Positions 37,660 through 50,760 of a stretch of 64,000 nucleotides of DNA are shown one piece after another. The stretch's first letter is position 1. Every line of letters starts with the position of its first letter. This DNA comes from Amphiscolops sp. MND2022 (Eukaryota). Location of the stretch: the NCBI GenBank assembly GCA_964187785.1, contig OZ076409.1:33296001-33360000 (forward strand), written 5' to 3'. The position numbers and the translations under genes are program-made. The notes beneath the pieces were generated by a model. The model had not been told where the DNA came from, made no database searches, and saw only the letters and a list, made by a program, of their open reading frames with translations.

Positions 37660-38435
37660 AATAAGAATCTCTTTTATTGAGTATTGCAAAATCTAATTTG
37701 GATTCTGTTGAAAACACCTTATCCAAACCTCAGGAAACTCTAGAATTTAAAATGACTGAACAAAAAAAATCTTTCCCATCTGATGTTCTCTTGGAGCTGC
37801 CAGAACAAAGGATGATGTGAGTAGAAGATATTTAGTGAGTTTAGAAGTATTCAACACTGAATATAACAATAGTGAAAAGAATAATAAACCTAAGTTTGTT
37901 CTGAAAGACGAACAACTCGAATCATTAAACTATAACTTTGGATTAGTGATTTCTTTGAAATTGAGTTAACTCCAGGAGTATATGAATTAGTTGATACAAA
38001 TAATACCATTCAATCAAATACTTTCTGATTCTGAGTTTTTACACAACATACAAGCAGATAGAATATCAATGAAGTCAGTTTTAACATATTCTAATAGCAT
38101 ACATTTTAATTCTGAACTGGACATCTTTTTAGGATCTACAAACACCGACTACTCAAAAGGAACTCATAAAACAGAAAACCACAGAGAACGTTCATCTGAA
38201 GTTTGATTGTATAGATGGTTCATTTGCTGGTATACCCGAACAAATTTTATTTAGTTTTTATCTTAGGGCTCCTCCAGGATTTAAAATTAGAAAAGAACCC
38301 AATAATATTTTGTATAAAAAGATAAACAAAACACGACTTGCTAATGCCCAAATTTTCCTATAAAACTCCAACCATAACCCAGTTGATTTCAACTCGGAAA
38401 CATTAACTTTTACAACTCACAATTTTAAGATTTGA
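37660..38435 (+). pseudogene. Minor capsid protein (penton) remnant
   Basis: KPQETLEFKM, TPGVYEL, CIDGS, ILFSFYLRAPPGFKI..EP, VDFNSETLTF resemble Polinton mCP motifs. Confidence 0.65.
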
Positions 38436-38489
38436 ACTACATGCGAAGGAAGAAAAAATATGTTAATTTTTTCTTTTAAAAAAAAGAGC

Positions 38490-38875
38490 TTCAATAAAGT
38501 TAAAAATAATTCTTATTGTGTTGGTGGAAAACACTACTCCGCTACAAGAAATATTCGTGGAGATATTACTCAAAATAAAAAACAGGCATGCCAGTTCAAC
38601 TATTGAGAGGTACTTGTCTAACGTGTAAAAGAAATAGTTCTCTTATAGTATCAGATCAAACTATACAAGCAGAATTGCGTGATTTTTTTAAACACCTAGG
38701 AAAAGCTGCAAAGAAGACAGCAAAGAAAATTTTAAATACTCCTGGAAGAGCACTCGAAATAGCAGCAAATATTAGAACTGCAGCAGCAAGTAAAAATCCA
38801 AGAATTATTGCCGCAACTGCACCTGATATTATAAAATTTGTTCATGAAGAGAAGGGTAATTTCATCAATATTTAG
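38490..38875 (+). pseudogene. Small zinc-ribbon protein with a basic amphipathic helix (putative membrane-lytic virion protein)
   Basis: YCVGGKH...GTCLTCKR followed by LRDFFKHLGKAAKKTAKKIL. Confidence 0.5.
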
Positions 38876-38935
38876 GTACCTTTCATCAATTATTTCATTA
38901 GTTAAATTCGAATTCAAACTTATAATGATTAGTAA

Positions 38936-39872
38936 ATGTATTCAATTCATAATCGAGATGCTTTAGAAAAGCTAAAAACATTGCAAGAAACAAGATCTTT
39001 ACTCCGCCAAGAAAAACTGACAGAGAAACTTGAGAACCACACTTTCATTACGAGATAGAAAACGTTTTTGAACCCGTTACTGCAAAACAGGCTGAAGCTA
39101 CTGTAAACCAAAAACAATTATCGGGGAAGCAATTACAAGCGCTACATGATTCTACTCAAACTATTGAAAATCAAACAAGAGCAACAAAACAATCTACTAA
39201 TTCTTTAAGTGAAAGTTTACAAGAAGCTATTGAAGAAGGAATGCAAGAAATTGTCGAAGTATCGAATCGCAATATTCAACTACTGACTAAGCTTGGAAAT
39301 TCTAACCAAGTTGATTCTTCAATTATTAAAACAAAAGCTAATTTGCTTAATGACAAAAACAAAAGTCAATTCAGTTTGGAACCTGTTGAAGCAAAATCAA
39401 ATTTATTCACAATTAACCACGCTAATACGCAACTAGTACAAATCGAAGGTTCAATGATGACTTTCCAGAATGGAAACACATATGATTTTAATGATCCGGA
39501 TCTTTCATATCTTTTACTGATAATCAAATAGATTAAGAAATACAAAACGAGAATCTAATTCATTCTTGTCTGAATGACTAGAAATATGATCAAATTATGG
39601 AGATAAAAAATGAAAGAGGTATTATTTCATTTAGGATTTGATTTACCAAAATAAGTATCAACAACACCAAATGGGAAGTGGATCGAATCAGTATGTCTTC
39701 CTCCCATATGATCCAGATGAGCTTGTAGATCAATTAAAATATTGCTCTACTTGAAAAAGTAGGAGGAAATGATAATCTTGTGCTTACTGAACAGATCATA
39801 GCAATTGCTGATAATTTATTACAGCACAAATGTATTACACCTTCCCAACATCAAAATATTATTTCAGTCTGA
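38936..39872 (+). pseudogene. Maverick coiled-coil protein of unknown function
   Basis: FHYEIENVFEPVT N-terminal motif and FLPYDPDELVDQLK...GGNDN..EQIIAIAD.LL C-terminal motif; frameshifted. Confidence 0.5.
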
Positions 39873-40340
39873 AATGTTTATTAAATTAGAATGTTTAAAA
39901 AAATGGATTTTCAAATTTCGATATGATAAAAGAGAAAACGATAACCAATTCAATGATTTGAAAAAGAAATTCAAGAATTGAGAAAAAAGTTTCAGCTCAA
40001 ACTAATGTTGGAAAGTCTATCAGAAATGATTTGGGACTGTTTTAAACAACTAGGACAGGAACTAGACAAAAATTGGAAAAACCTAAGAGAAGAAATTATG
40101 TTTTCTAAAGATTCATTTTGTTTTCACTTTAAATAGGATCCGTTTGTGGATTAAAGATTTTATATTCCGGATAAGATGCATTACAAACCCTATATTTTCT
40201 ATCATTTTCATCTTGTAATCCCGTTTTTTAAAAAATGATTATATTTTTCTTCCCATGCTTCTCATGATAAAAGAAAATGATAATCAATTCAGTGAACTGA
40301 AAAAATTCAAGAATTGAGAAAAAAAAACTTCGAATTGAAT

Positions 40341-41236
40341 ATGAAAAAAAAATTGCCAAAGAAATATTCTCTCCTGTAATAAAAAAAGTTTGACCGCATC
40401 CAAATACAAAGTCACTCTAACGATGCGTGTTGGAGTATTGATCTGATAGACCGATCTAGCTTAGCAAAATACAACAAAAACTTCAAATTTATTTTTACTA
40501 TAACTGACAATCATACTAAATATGCATGGGCGATTCGGTTCCTCTTGAAGATAAGTCCAGAAAAAAACAACTGCATTTAGGAAATTTATAGAAAAAACAA
40601 AAAGAAAACTTGATAAAATTTGATCAGCTTGAGGTAAACAGTTTTGTAATGAAACATTTTTAGATTTTCTTAAGGAGCAAAACATTCAAATTTATTCAAC
40701 TAATTCAGATTCAAAAGCAGTTTTTGTTGAACGATTCAATAGACCACTTTTGGACTTAATTAAAGAACCAATGTATATTGAATGCAAAACTTGTTGGTTG
40801 AATAATCTTGATGCTGCTATGGAAAAATAAATTATTCGTGTCCATGGAACTACCAAGATGACACCTTTTGAAATGTCAAATAATAGTAAATTAATAACAA
40901 TACAGCAAAGCTGGCTTCGCATACCGAATTCTCTTCGCGCATTAACATTATTTAAAAAAAATGCCCAAATTTCAAGTAGGAGACTATGTAAGAGTTCCTG
41001 ATAAAAGAAACAATTCTTCAAAAGGTTATAGAACAAATTGGAATGGGGAACTTTTAAAATCACATGAAATTACCAAAACGAATTCCGTTACGTATGGTTT
41101 AGTAGATGAAAACAACGAACAAATAGAAGGAAAGTATCATTAACAAGAACTTTCAGGAAGTGTTTTAAATATACTCAATTTTAATTCTTACAACAAAACG
41201 TAAGAAAGTATGAGTGTTTTCCGTAAATTTGAGTAA
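40341..41236 (+). pseudogene. Retroviral-like (rve) integrase of the Maverick
   Basis: WSIDLID, TDNHTKYAWA, KAVFVERFNR, HGTTKMTP, PKFQVGDYVRV, KGYRTNW; several stops. Confidence 0.88.
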
Positions 41237-41828
41237 TTATAATTTATTAAATAATGGCAATTCATAAATTTGGTTATGAAAGCTTACAAAAAGACAAGAT
41301 TGAGAAACTTGAAAAAAAACTGGAATCACTAACCAAAGTAATCCACCTAAGATTCAAGTTTCTTTCTGATGAATTAGATAAATTAGATAACAAAAAGAAA
41401 TTCATTTTAACAAAAATGAAACACAAATCTTAGTCACGGCAAAGTTACTCTTAGACATAACTAAACTATAGAAGAGATAAAAATAAAGTTGTCATTTTTA
41501 GAACACGATATTAAAGATAAACTAATCGAAAAGAAAAAAAAATATTTTGAATGCTGCGAAGTTAGTACAAGAGTAACAAACCAATTTACGAAATCATTTC
41601 GAACGAAACCTTATATCAGAATTGAAAATAAGACAAAAATGAAGCTGTTGAGGAAGTTATACTATTACTAAACAACAAAGGGTTGTTTGGCTCATTTGAA
41701 AATAGAAATGCAGTGTTTGAATCTTTTTTGACCTTTACAGATGAATGCTTGTTGGAAAAGTATAGAACTGAAATCGAAACATCAGATGGTGTGTATTATG
41801 TATCAAACTTGTTGACCTTAAATATAGA

Positions 41829-42400
41829 ATGAATGTAATCACGAGTGAAATCAATTTCTTACTTCTTGACCAAATAAATGAGTGAAACATTATATCTTAG
41901 TTTACAAGTACCCAGACAACTTCGAGCAACACTTAAACCTACAATTAAAAGAAAGAAATAGTTTCAATAATTCAATTCAAAATGTAATATTTATTAAAAA
42001 CATTTATAATCATGAAGCTAAAATTTATAAAGAGAAACGTAAACAATACATGCTCATAAATTGTTTAAAACAATCACTTGATGGTGTTTTTGTTCTAGCT
42101 GTTTCCGCGAATTGTATTACAGTAAGTGTTACAGGAGTTAATGTCCTCGTGGCTATTGGTATAGGGCCAGGTTTCATGTATATTCAGTAAAAATGTTGGA
42201 GAACATCTGAAACGAAAAAAAAACAACACAATCTCAAAAAATATAAGTTTGCTGGTAGAACATTACATGATTTCGGTAAACTATATTCAAAATGTTGAGA
42301 AGACAATAAAATCAATCTGGATGAATATAACGAACTAAAACAAACTTATGATGCATGCAAAACGAATAAAACTAAACTAAGTTCTGATTTCACTTTTTAG
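41829..42400 (+). pseudogene. Maverick predicted membrane protein
   Basis: Basic helix followed by hydrophobic SLDGVFVLAVSANCITVSVTGVNVLVAIGIG. Confidence 0.45.
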
Positions 42401-42565
42401 GCAAACCTTATCTAGTGGAAATAAAATATAAATTTGTTTCATGAATCGAACTATATGAATCATGAATTGATGATTTTGAAAAATAATTTTTCATGCAAAG
42501 CTTAGAAAAAAAGGTATGCTTTTCTTATAAAAGTTCCTAATGGATAATTTTTTTATATAAATAGA

Positions 42566-43783
42566 ATTATATGCTTTGCAAAATAAATATGCTCTTGATA
42601 AACCATTTGATAAAACTAATTTTGTTGAATACTCACCTAGTAGCTTAGCTGCAATCAACAACAATAAATCAAATAGTTCCATCTTTTTCCCAAGAGAAGA
42701 TGTTTATAATTGTTTACAAAACTCATACCTTAGTCTAGAATCTGAAGTTCTTTAAAATGATAACACACGCTATGCAGATGGTGGTCAGATAACTTTGGTG
42801 AATTTTAGACCTGTTGCATTTTTTAGTGAAGCCAAACTTGTAACATCATCCGGCAAGCATTTACAGAAAGTAGACAACCTGCACACGGTATGTTTAATGT
42901 ATAGGCTTTTACCTTCTAACTAACAAACAAGTGAGTTATTGAATGGATTTTAAGAATCAAAAAACACAAGAAGATAAGAACTAACGAACAATAAAACAGA
43001 AAAAGGAACATTATTTGTGAGAATTAACTTGACAGACTTATTCGGAGTTGCTGATCAAGAAAAACTTACTTATGGATTGGGCTATACCGTAACTCTAAAA
43101 CGTAATAATAATAACGACCCCATCATTCGCGCCAACCCGACAGATGCTGCAAAAATAGATGTAAAACTTATTGCTTGGTATATTCCACACAATACCCCAT
43201 CAATGGAAAACCAGCATATTGTTCTTAAACAAAAACTAGATAACGACCCAACTGAGTTGTACTACAACGAATGAACTGTCTACAGGAAAGATGTTACAAC
43301 CAAAAATAATTGGACATTTGAATTGGACAACAGCGCTGAATCGACACCTACTTTTGTGATAGTTGGTTTTCAAGCTAGAAATAGAATTGATTCACAAACA
43401 CATAACAACTCAACATTTGATACCTTGAGTGTTAGTAATGCTGTTTGTAAAGAAGGATCAGAAGAAAACCCTAACGATGGAAAAGAATGTGATTACGATC
43501 GCCACAAAGATGATCAAGCTTATTATGAAATCGAAAACTTTTATACCTTACATTCTGAATCTAACCTACTTAATCCTTTTCTCAGTTTGCACAAATTCCG
43601 AAAAAAAATTAGGTATTTGACTTATCTAATCAAAAACCACCTATTGCATCTCAACTTGTCAGATTAGAATTTGAATTCAGTGCTAGGTTTACTGTAGCAG
43701 ATAATGTAGTTTTTGCCTCTATGTTGAGTCCAAAGTTAAAATGTATCATTAGTGATGAACAAAGATATTTTGATTTGACATAA
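42566..43783 (+). pseudogene. Major capsid protein (double jelly-roll), copy 1
   Basis: YSPSSL, PRED...LQNSYLSLE, FSEAKLVTSSGKHL, LTDLFG..DQEKLTYGLGY.VTLKR, PTFVIVGFQ, IRLEFEF; size and position fit a Polinton MCP. Confidence 0.8.
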
Positions 43784-43864
43784 TTGATATCATATTTATA
43801 TATAAAATGATAAAATCAAATTGGTTTAAAAAACATAAAAGATGTGCTCAATCGCCTGTCAGTT

Positions 43865-45678
43865 TTAAGCTATGTTGATGGGTTATATTTTTGATTTTGT
43901 TTACATACGCGTATCCTCAAAAGGATTCAAAGCTAGTTTGTTTTGGTATTGTACTGTTATTTGTTATAGGTTGGAACGAAATGAATAATTTGTTGCATTT
44001 GTTGTTTCAAACGTGAACAATGAATCATTGTAGTATTCACATTTGGGGGTGTTTTGTACTTCTTTTTATTTTGCTTTTTGAATGATACCATTCGGAATAC
44101 CATTCGGATTAGAATTATTAAAAGAGAAGGTATATGACTTTGCTCGTAAAACTCTGAAGCTGTCTAATACTTTTACCGGAAATGCTCCAGTTTTCTTTTT
44201 TTTTCTTTATCTTTTTTGTAATTAGGATCTTATAATTCATGAGATTTATCTAATTCACTAAAATCAAATTCATTTTTGTTTTGTTGTAAAAAGTTTGTTA
44301 GCTCTTGGTTGTTTGCATCAAAACTAAGGACAAAACTGTCAGTGTCCATATAATGTAAAAGAACGCAGTCATGCCAATACGGTTCTAAACTATTATAATA
44401 AAATTCATAAATTAAAATTTTACTTAATTACAACTCAGAGAACCCCCCAAATAAAGTGGTTTTTCAAAAACTGTTTTTTCTTTTCAAACTTGTACACAAT
44501 AAACGCGGATTAGTGATCCACAACACCTTTGAAACTTAACTTGGATTGTCTTTTTATTATTTGCTGTAATTGAGAATGATCAATGAATTCTAGAAGGGGT
44601 CTATCTCATATTTTCCATCGTCTTACCAAAGAAATTATTGTTCTAAAATTTGTACAGGTCTTTTTCAAAGTTTGTTTTTGCTTTGGTGCGTTTTTGGGTG
44701 TTATGATCAATGAGTTTTGCTAACCATTGACTTTGTTCGAACCTGTAGATTGTATGAATTTTTGTTACTTTCATCCTTTAGCTAAGATAAAACTTAAACA
44801 TCCTGTAGTACATCGAAATATTTTTGTTTGTTTGTCAGGTCACAGACAAACTTCTATGTTGGTTTGTAAATTGGTTGTTGATTAAAATCCATATAATCTG
44901 AGAACAATTCACAATTATCTTCCACTTGATAAGGACACAAAAGAAAGGTTTCATGGATTTGTTCAATTTCTGCTGGATATTCTGAATCACATTCTAAAAA
45001 GATTCCAAATTCGGAATTTGTAAAAAATTTTTGGCGGATAACAATTCGGAAAAGATATTTTTTTGAATTCGCCAGTGGGAAGATATTACCACGAAGCCCA
45101 TCCAATTTGATTATTTGCTTTCAATGTACAAGATTTGTTTGTTGACATCCGATACAACATGCCTATCACCCATAACACTAGACACACCACCACGTTTATT
45201 GTTCTCTAACAACATTAACAAGTGATTATCATTTATATAATCTAACTTGGTTTTTGTGAATTTCATTCCTGCTTTCCATGAATAATCTGGTGCTGAGTAA
45301 CTGTACAACGAATTAATACCATACATAAGAGTAGACTTCTCAACAAAGTTCCCTAACTCGTCAATTAGTTGAAGAAGATCCATTTTTAAGTATAACATAG
45401 TAAGCTGTTGTGGAGTTGTAATGTTGTATTTGTCAATCAACTGTTGGGTTCTATATCTGTTGGGTTTTATATCAACATCACACAGTTATGATTGCGTTAA
45501 TGTTGACCAATAGTCTTCTTTGGTTAGCTTTAGTGGTTGAGACATCTTTTCGAGACTGAATTTCTCATATGGATAAGCATGCTTTCTCTTGAATTAATCA
45601 TCAAATAAACTTTGGGAGTCTATATACTTAAAAGTAGCCAGAGGTGCTATAAGTTTTTGTAGACTAGAAGAAAGAAAT
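43865..45678 (-). pseudogene. polB: Protein-primed PolB, C-terminal (polymerase) half, copy 1
   Basis: RGGVSSVMG, ILYIES (degenerate motif A), NNFFGKTMEN (motif B), YMDTDS (motif C). Confidence 0.88.
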
Positions 45679-45964
45679 CTATGTTCAAAATGTTGAGAAG
45701 ACAATAAAGTCAATCTGGATGAAAATAACGAACTAAAACAAACTTATGATACATGCAAAACAAAAAAAACTAAACTAGGTTCTGATTTCACTTTTTAGGC
45801 TAACCTATTTAGTAGAAATAAAATGAATATAACTTCGTTTCATGAATCGAACTACATGAATCATGAATCGAAGAATTTGAAAAAATAATGTTTTATAAAA
45901 AGCTTAGAAAAAAAGGTATGTTTTTCTTATAAAAATTCCTAATCAAAAATGTTTGTATATAAAT

Positions 45965-47191
45965 TGAATTATATGCTTTGCAAAATAACTATGCTCTTGA
46001 TAAACCAATTCATAAAATTAAATTCATTAAATACTCACCTAGTAGCTTAGCTGCAATCAACAACAAAAAATCAAATAGGTCCATCACTTTCCCAAGAGGA
46101 GATGTTTAGAATTGTTTACAAAACTCATACCTTAGTCTAGAATTTGAAGTTCTTTAAAATGATAACACACGCTATGCAGATGGTGGTCAGATAACTTGGT
46201 GAATTTCGGACCTGTTGCATTATTTGGTGAAGCCAAACTTGTAACATCATCCGGCAAGCATTTAGAGAAATTGGACAACCTGCACACGGTATGTTTAATG
46301 TATAAGCTTTCACCTTCTAACTAACAAACAAGTGAGTTATTGAATGGATTTTAAGAATCAAAAAACACAAGAAGATAAGAACTAACGAACAATAAAACAG
46401 AAAAAGGAACATTATTTGTGAGAATTAACTTGACAGACTTATTCGGAGTTGCTGATCAAGAAAAACTTACTTATGGATTGGGCTATACCGTAACTCTAAA
46501 ACGTAATAATAATAACGACCCCATCATTCGCGCCAACCCGACAGATGCTGCAAAAATAGATGTAAAACTTATTGCTTGGTATATTCCACACTATACTTCA
46601 TCAATGGAAAACCAGCATATTGTTTTTAAACAAAAACTAGATAACGAACCAACTGAGTTGTACTACAACGAACGAACTGTCTACAGGAAAGATGTTACTA
46701 CCAAAAATATTTGGACATTTGAATTGGACAACAGCGCTGAATCGACACCTACTTTTGTGATAGTTGGGTTTCAAGCTAGAAATAAAATTGATTCACAAAC
46801 ACATAACAACTCTACATTTGATACCTTGAGTGTTAGTAATGCTGTTTGTAAAGAAGGATCAAAAGAAAACCCTAACGATGGAATAGAATGTGATTACGAT
46901 CGCCACAAACATGATCAAGCTTATTATGAAATCGAAAACTTTTATACCTTACATTCTGAATCCAACCCACTTAATCCGTTTATCAGTTTGCACAAATTCC
47001 GAAAAAAAAATAATTTTTATGTATATGACTTATCTAATCAAAAACCACCTATAGCATCTCAACTTATCAGATTAGAATTTGAATTCAGTGCTAGGTTTAC
47101 TGTAGCAGATAATGTAGTTTTTGCCCTTATGTTGAGTCCAAAGTTGAAATGTATCATTAGTGATGAACAAAGACATTTTGATTTGACATAA
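45965..47191 (+). pseudogene. Major capsid protein, copy 2 (C-terminal 257 aa open)
   Basis: Near-identical to copy 1; ORF 46418-47191. Confidence 0.8.
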
Positions 47192-47284
47192 TTGATATCA
47201 TATTTATATATAAAATGAACTATTTTATAAATTTATATCATATTTATAAAAACTTAAAAGATGTGCTCGATCGCCTGTCAGTTT

Positions 47285-50200
47285 TAAGATATGTTGATGG
47301 GTTAGATTTTTGAATTTGTTTACATACGCTTATCCTCAAAAGCATTCAAAGCTATTTTGTTTTGGTATTGTACTGTTATTTGATATAAGTTGGAACGAAA
47401 TGAAAAAATTGTTGCATTTGTTGTTTCAAACGTAAACAATGAATCATTGTAGTATTCACATTTGGGGGTGTTTTGTACTTCTTTTTATTTTGCTTTTTGA
47501 ATGATACCATTCGGAATACCATCCGGATTAGAATTATTAAAAGAGAAGATATATGACTTTGCTCGTAAAACTCTGAAGCTGTCTAATACTTTTACCGGAA
47601 ATGCTCCAGTTTTCTTTTTTTTCTTTATCTTTTTTGTAATTAGGATCTTATAATTCATGAGATTTATCTAATTCACTAAAATCAAATTCAATTTTGTTTT
47701 GTTGTCAAAAGTTTGTTAGTTCTTGGTTGTTTGCATCAAAACTAAGGACAACACTGCCAATGTCCATATAATGTAAAAGAACACAGTCATGCCAATACGG
47801 TTCCAAACTTTTATAATAAAATTCATAAATTAAAATTTTACCTAATTCCAACACAGAGAACCCCCAAATAAAGTGGTTTATCAAAAACTGTTTTTTCTTT
47901 TCAAACTTGTACACAATAAACGCGGATTAGTGATCCACAACACCTTTGAAACTTAACTTGGATTGTCTTTTTTTATTATTTGCTGTAATTGAGAATGATC
48001 AATGAATTCTAGAAGGGGTCTATCTCATATTTTCCATCGTCTTACCAAAGAAAATATTGTTCAAACATTTGTACAGTTCTTTTTCAAAGTTTTGTTTTTC
48101 AAAGTTTCTTTTTGTTTGAATTGGTGCGTTTTTGGGTGTTATGATCAAGGTATTTTGCTAACCATTGACTTTGTTTGAACCGGTAGATTGTAAGAAATTT
48201 TGTTACTTTCATCCTTTAGCTAAGAGAAAACTTGAACATCCTGTAGTGCATCGTATATTTTTGTTTGTTTGTCAGGTCATAGACAAACTTCTGGGTTGGT
48301 TTGTAATTCGGGTGTTGATTAAAATCCATATAATCTGAGAACAATTCACAATTATCTTCCACTTGATAAGGACACAAAAGAAAGTTTTCATTGATTTGTT
48401 CAAATTCTGCTGGATATTCTAAATCACAATCTTAAAAGATTCCAAATTCGTTACCGTCAGGAATTTGTAAAAAAAGTTTTGGCAACTATTCGGAAAAGAT
48501 AATTTTTCGAATTCGCCAGTGGGAAAATTTTGACACAAAGCCCATCCAATTTGATTATTTGCTTTAATGTACAAGATTTGTTTGTTGACATCCGATATAA
48601 AATGCCTATCACCCATAACACTAGACACACCACTACGTGTTTTGTTCTCTAACAACATTACCAAGTGATTATCATTTATATAATGTAACTTGGTTTTTGT
48701 GAACTTCATTCCTGCTATCCATGTATAATCTGGTGCTGTGTAACTGTACAACGAATTAATACCATATATAAGAGTAGACTTCTCAACAAAGTTCCCTAAC
48801 TCGTCAATTAGTTGAAGAAGATCCATTTTGAAGTATAACATAGTAATTTGTTGTGGAGTTGTAATGTTGTATTTGTCAATCAATTGTTGGGTTCTTTTTA
48901 TATCAACATCACACGGAAATGATTGCGTTAATGTTGACCAATAGTCTTCTTTGGTTAGGTTTAGTGGTTGAGACATCTTTTCGGGACTGAATTTCTCATA
49001 TGGATAAGCTTGCTTTTTCTTGAATTAATCATCAAATAAACTTTGAGAGTCTATATTTAAAAGTATTCAGAGATGCTATAAGTTTTTGTAGACTAGAAGA
49101 AAGAAATCGGTATGAATCCAGGAAACGTAAGCAACCTACTTGGACTGATACACCATTTTCTAAACAAAAGTATTAGCGGTATTATGGTTGGTATATAGTT
49201 TTGATTGAATGTTTCCCAAAGAATTTGTTCAAAAATTAAATGACAGAAAAAGGTGGAACCAAATAGGAACAAAACCTGATTGCTTTTATTTACAATTTAA
49301 TTTACACGTACTATGGACTGCTCTTCGGTAGTGTCCAGTAAGATGATCGTAGTCTCGAACTTTATCTATGTTTTGTGAAAAAAGCTCTTCGCATAACCAA
49401 CACACGTCGGATTTTCCGAACTGTAATTCTTCTTGAGGTTATTTGTAGTAGCATATTTGTTTTGAAATAGTTCTTTGCAATTTTTTCTGGTGTCAAATTT
49501 TCATTTACAAACCATTTTACACACACTTCGCCGAAGTATGAGTAATTTTGATTTCCAAATGGTGCTATTAGATAATATACTACTGCAATTGGAATATGTT
49601 TATATAACACTTTGGGGTCATTTTGAGGTTGACTAATACATTCGGAATCTGCATATAGTCTAAAGTGGCGTGGTATTTTCATGTGGTGGTCTTCAAATTT
49701 TAGATGATTTTTCAAACTGAAACCAATATTAGCCGATTTTTGTTTTATATCTTTCTATGTGGTTATGTAGGATGTCAAGTGAACTGAATGCTGTTAAACA
49801 TCTACATACATGTTTTATGTAAGAATTCTTATTTATTAGACAAGGCAACTTTGTAATTAAACAAAAGTGATTTTCATACAATAATTTATCTATTTGTGAT
49901 TGTAAGTAATTTTAGCTGTGTACACTGGTGAGGGAACTGTTTTATTCACCTGAAAAACATTTACATTGAGGTTTTTCATCCTTTCAAGTTTGGGTATATC
50001 TTTGACTTTCACAGAGATTTCTAATTCTTCCACACATAAAGAAGGGCATATGCATAACATATTTTGCAGTTCTATTTTCATGATCATCAGCTGTGTAAAG
50101 ATGAGCTAAGATACACCACAAAAACATAATTGACCTTCAATTCTTATAACTATAATTGACCTATTGTTTTTATATTTTTCTGGCAACTCAATGAGTGAAG

Positions 50201-50760
50201 AAGCCTTAATATCATTGACTTTGTACAATTCTAATATCGTCAATACAAAGAAACACAAAACTTGATCCTTCTAATTGTTCTTTATCTAGGTTTTGCATCA
50301 GTACCTGATGAACATTTTGATGCGTGTGATTGTATTTTATATCTGATTTTGCCATATCAGATATATATCCGTTTGTGAAATATATGTTCTTCTCCATTAA
50401 CGTTTTTTGAAAACTTAGCTGAATAACTCAATTGATATTTTTATCGGGGAAGTAACTTTTACTTAGTAGTTCATTGATGCGATGTACAATATTTTCAGTC
50501 AGTTTTATTTTCAGTTTGATGTATGTTTTTCATTCACATTTAATCCTACATCTTGATCAAAGTTACTTTGTTGATGATGTTGACTTTCTAAGATGTGAAT
50601 TACACTTTGGAAATGTCTCGTTTTATCAGATATATAGTTACCACAATCCTCACACCAAATTGGCTGTTGCTTGGTGCTTTGTTCATGTTCATTTGAACTT
50701 AAATGAGAACTTTTATCTGATACAGGCATCTTTAATTTACATTTTCTATAATAATCTTCA
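47285..50760 (-). pseudogene. polB: Full-length degenerate pPolB (zinc finger / terminal protein / vOTU-like / exonuclease with EndoVII insert / polymerase)
   Basis: WCEDCG..ISDKTRHFQS..H; LEGSSF; IELPEKYKN...CF; YENHFCLI; YADSEC (ExoI); CWLCEE...VRDYDHLTG.YR.AVH..C (EndoVII); FLDSYRFL; polymerase motifs. Confidence 0.88.

Larger units (their letters stand above)
42279..49108. repeat. Tandem duplication of ~3.4 kb (MCP plus PolB C-half): 42279-45678 and 45679-49108
   Basis: Colinear near-identical blocks; the junction at ~45679 fuses PolB sequence to sequence upstream of the MCP. Confidence 0.9.
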
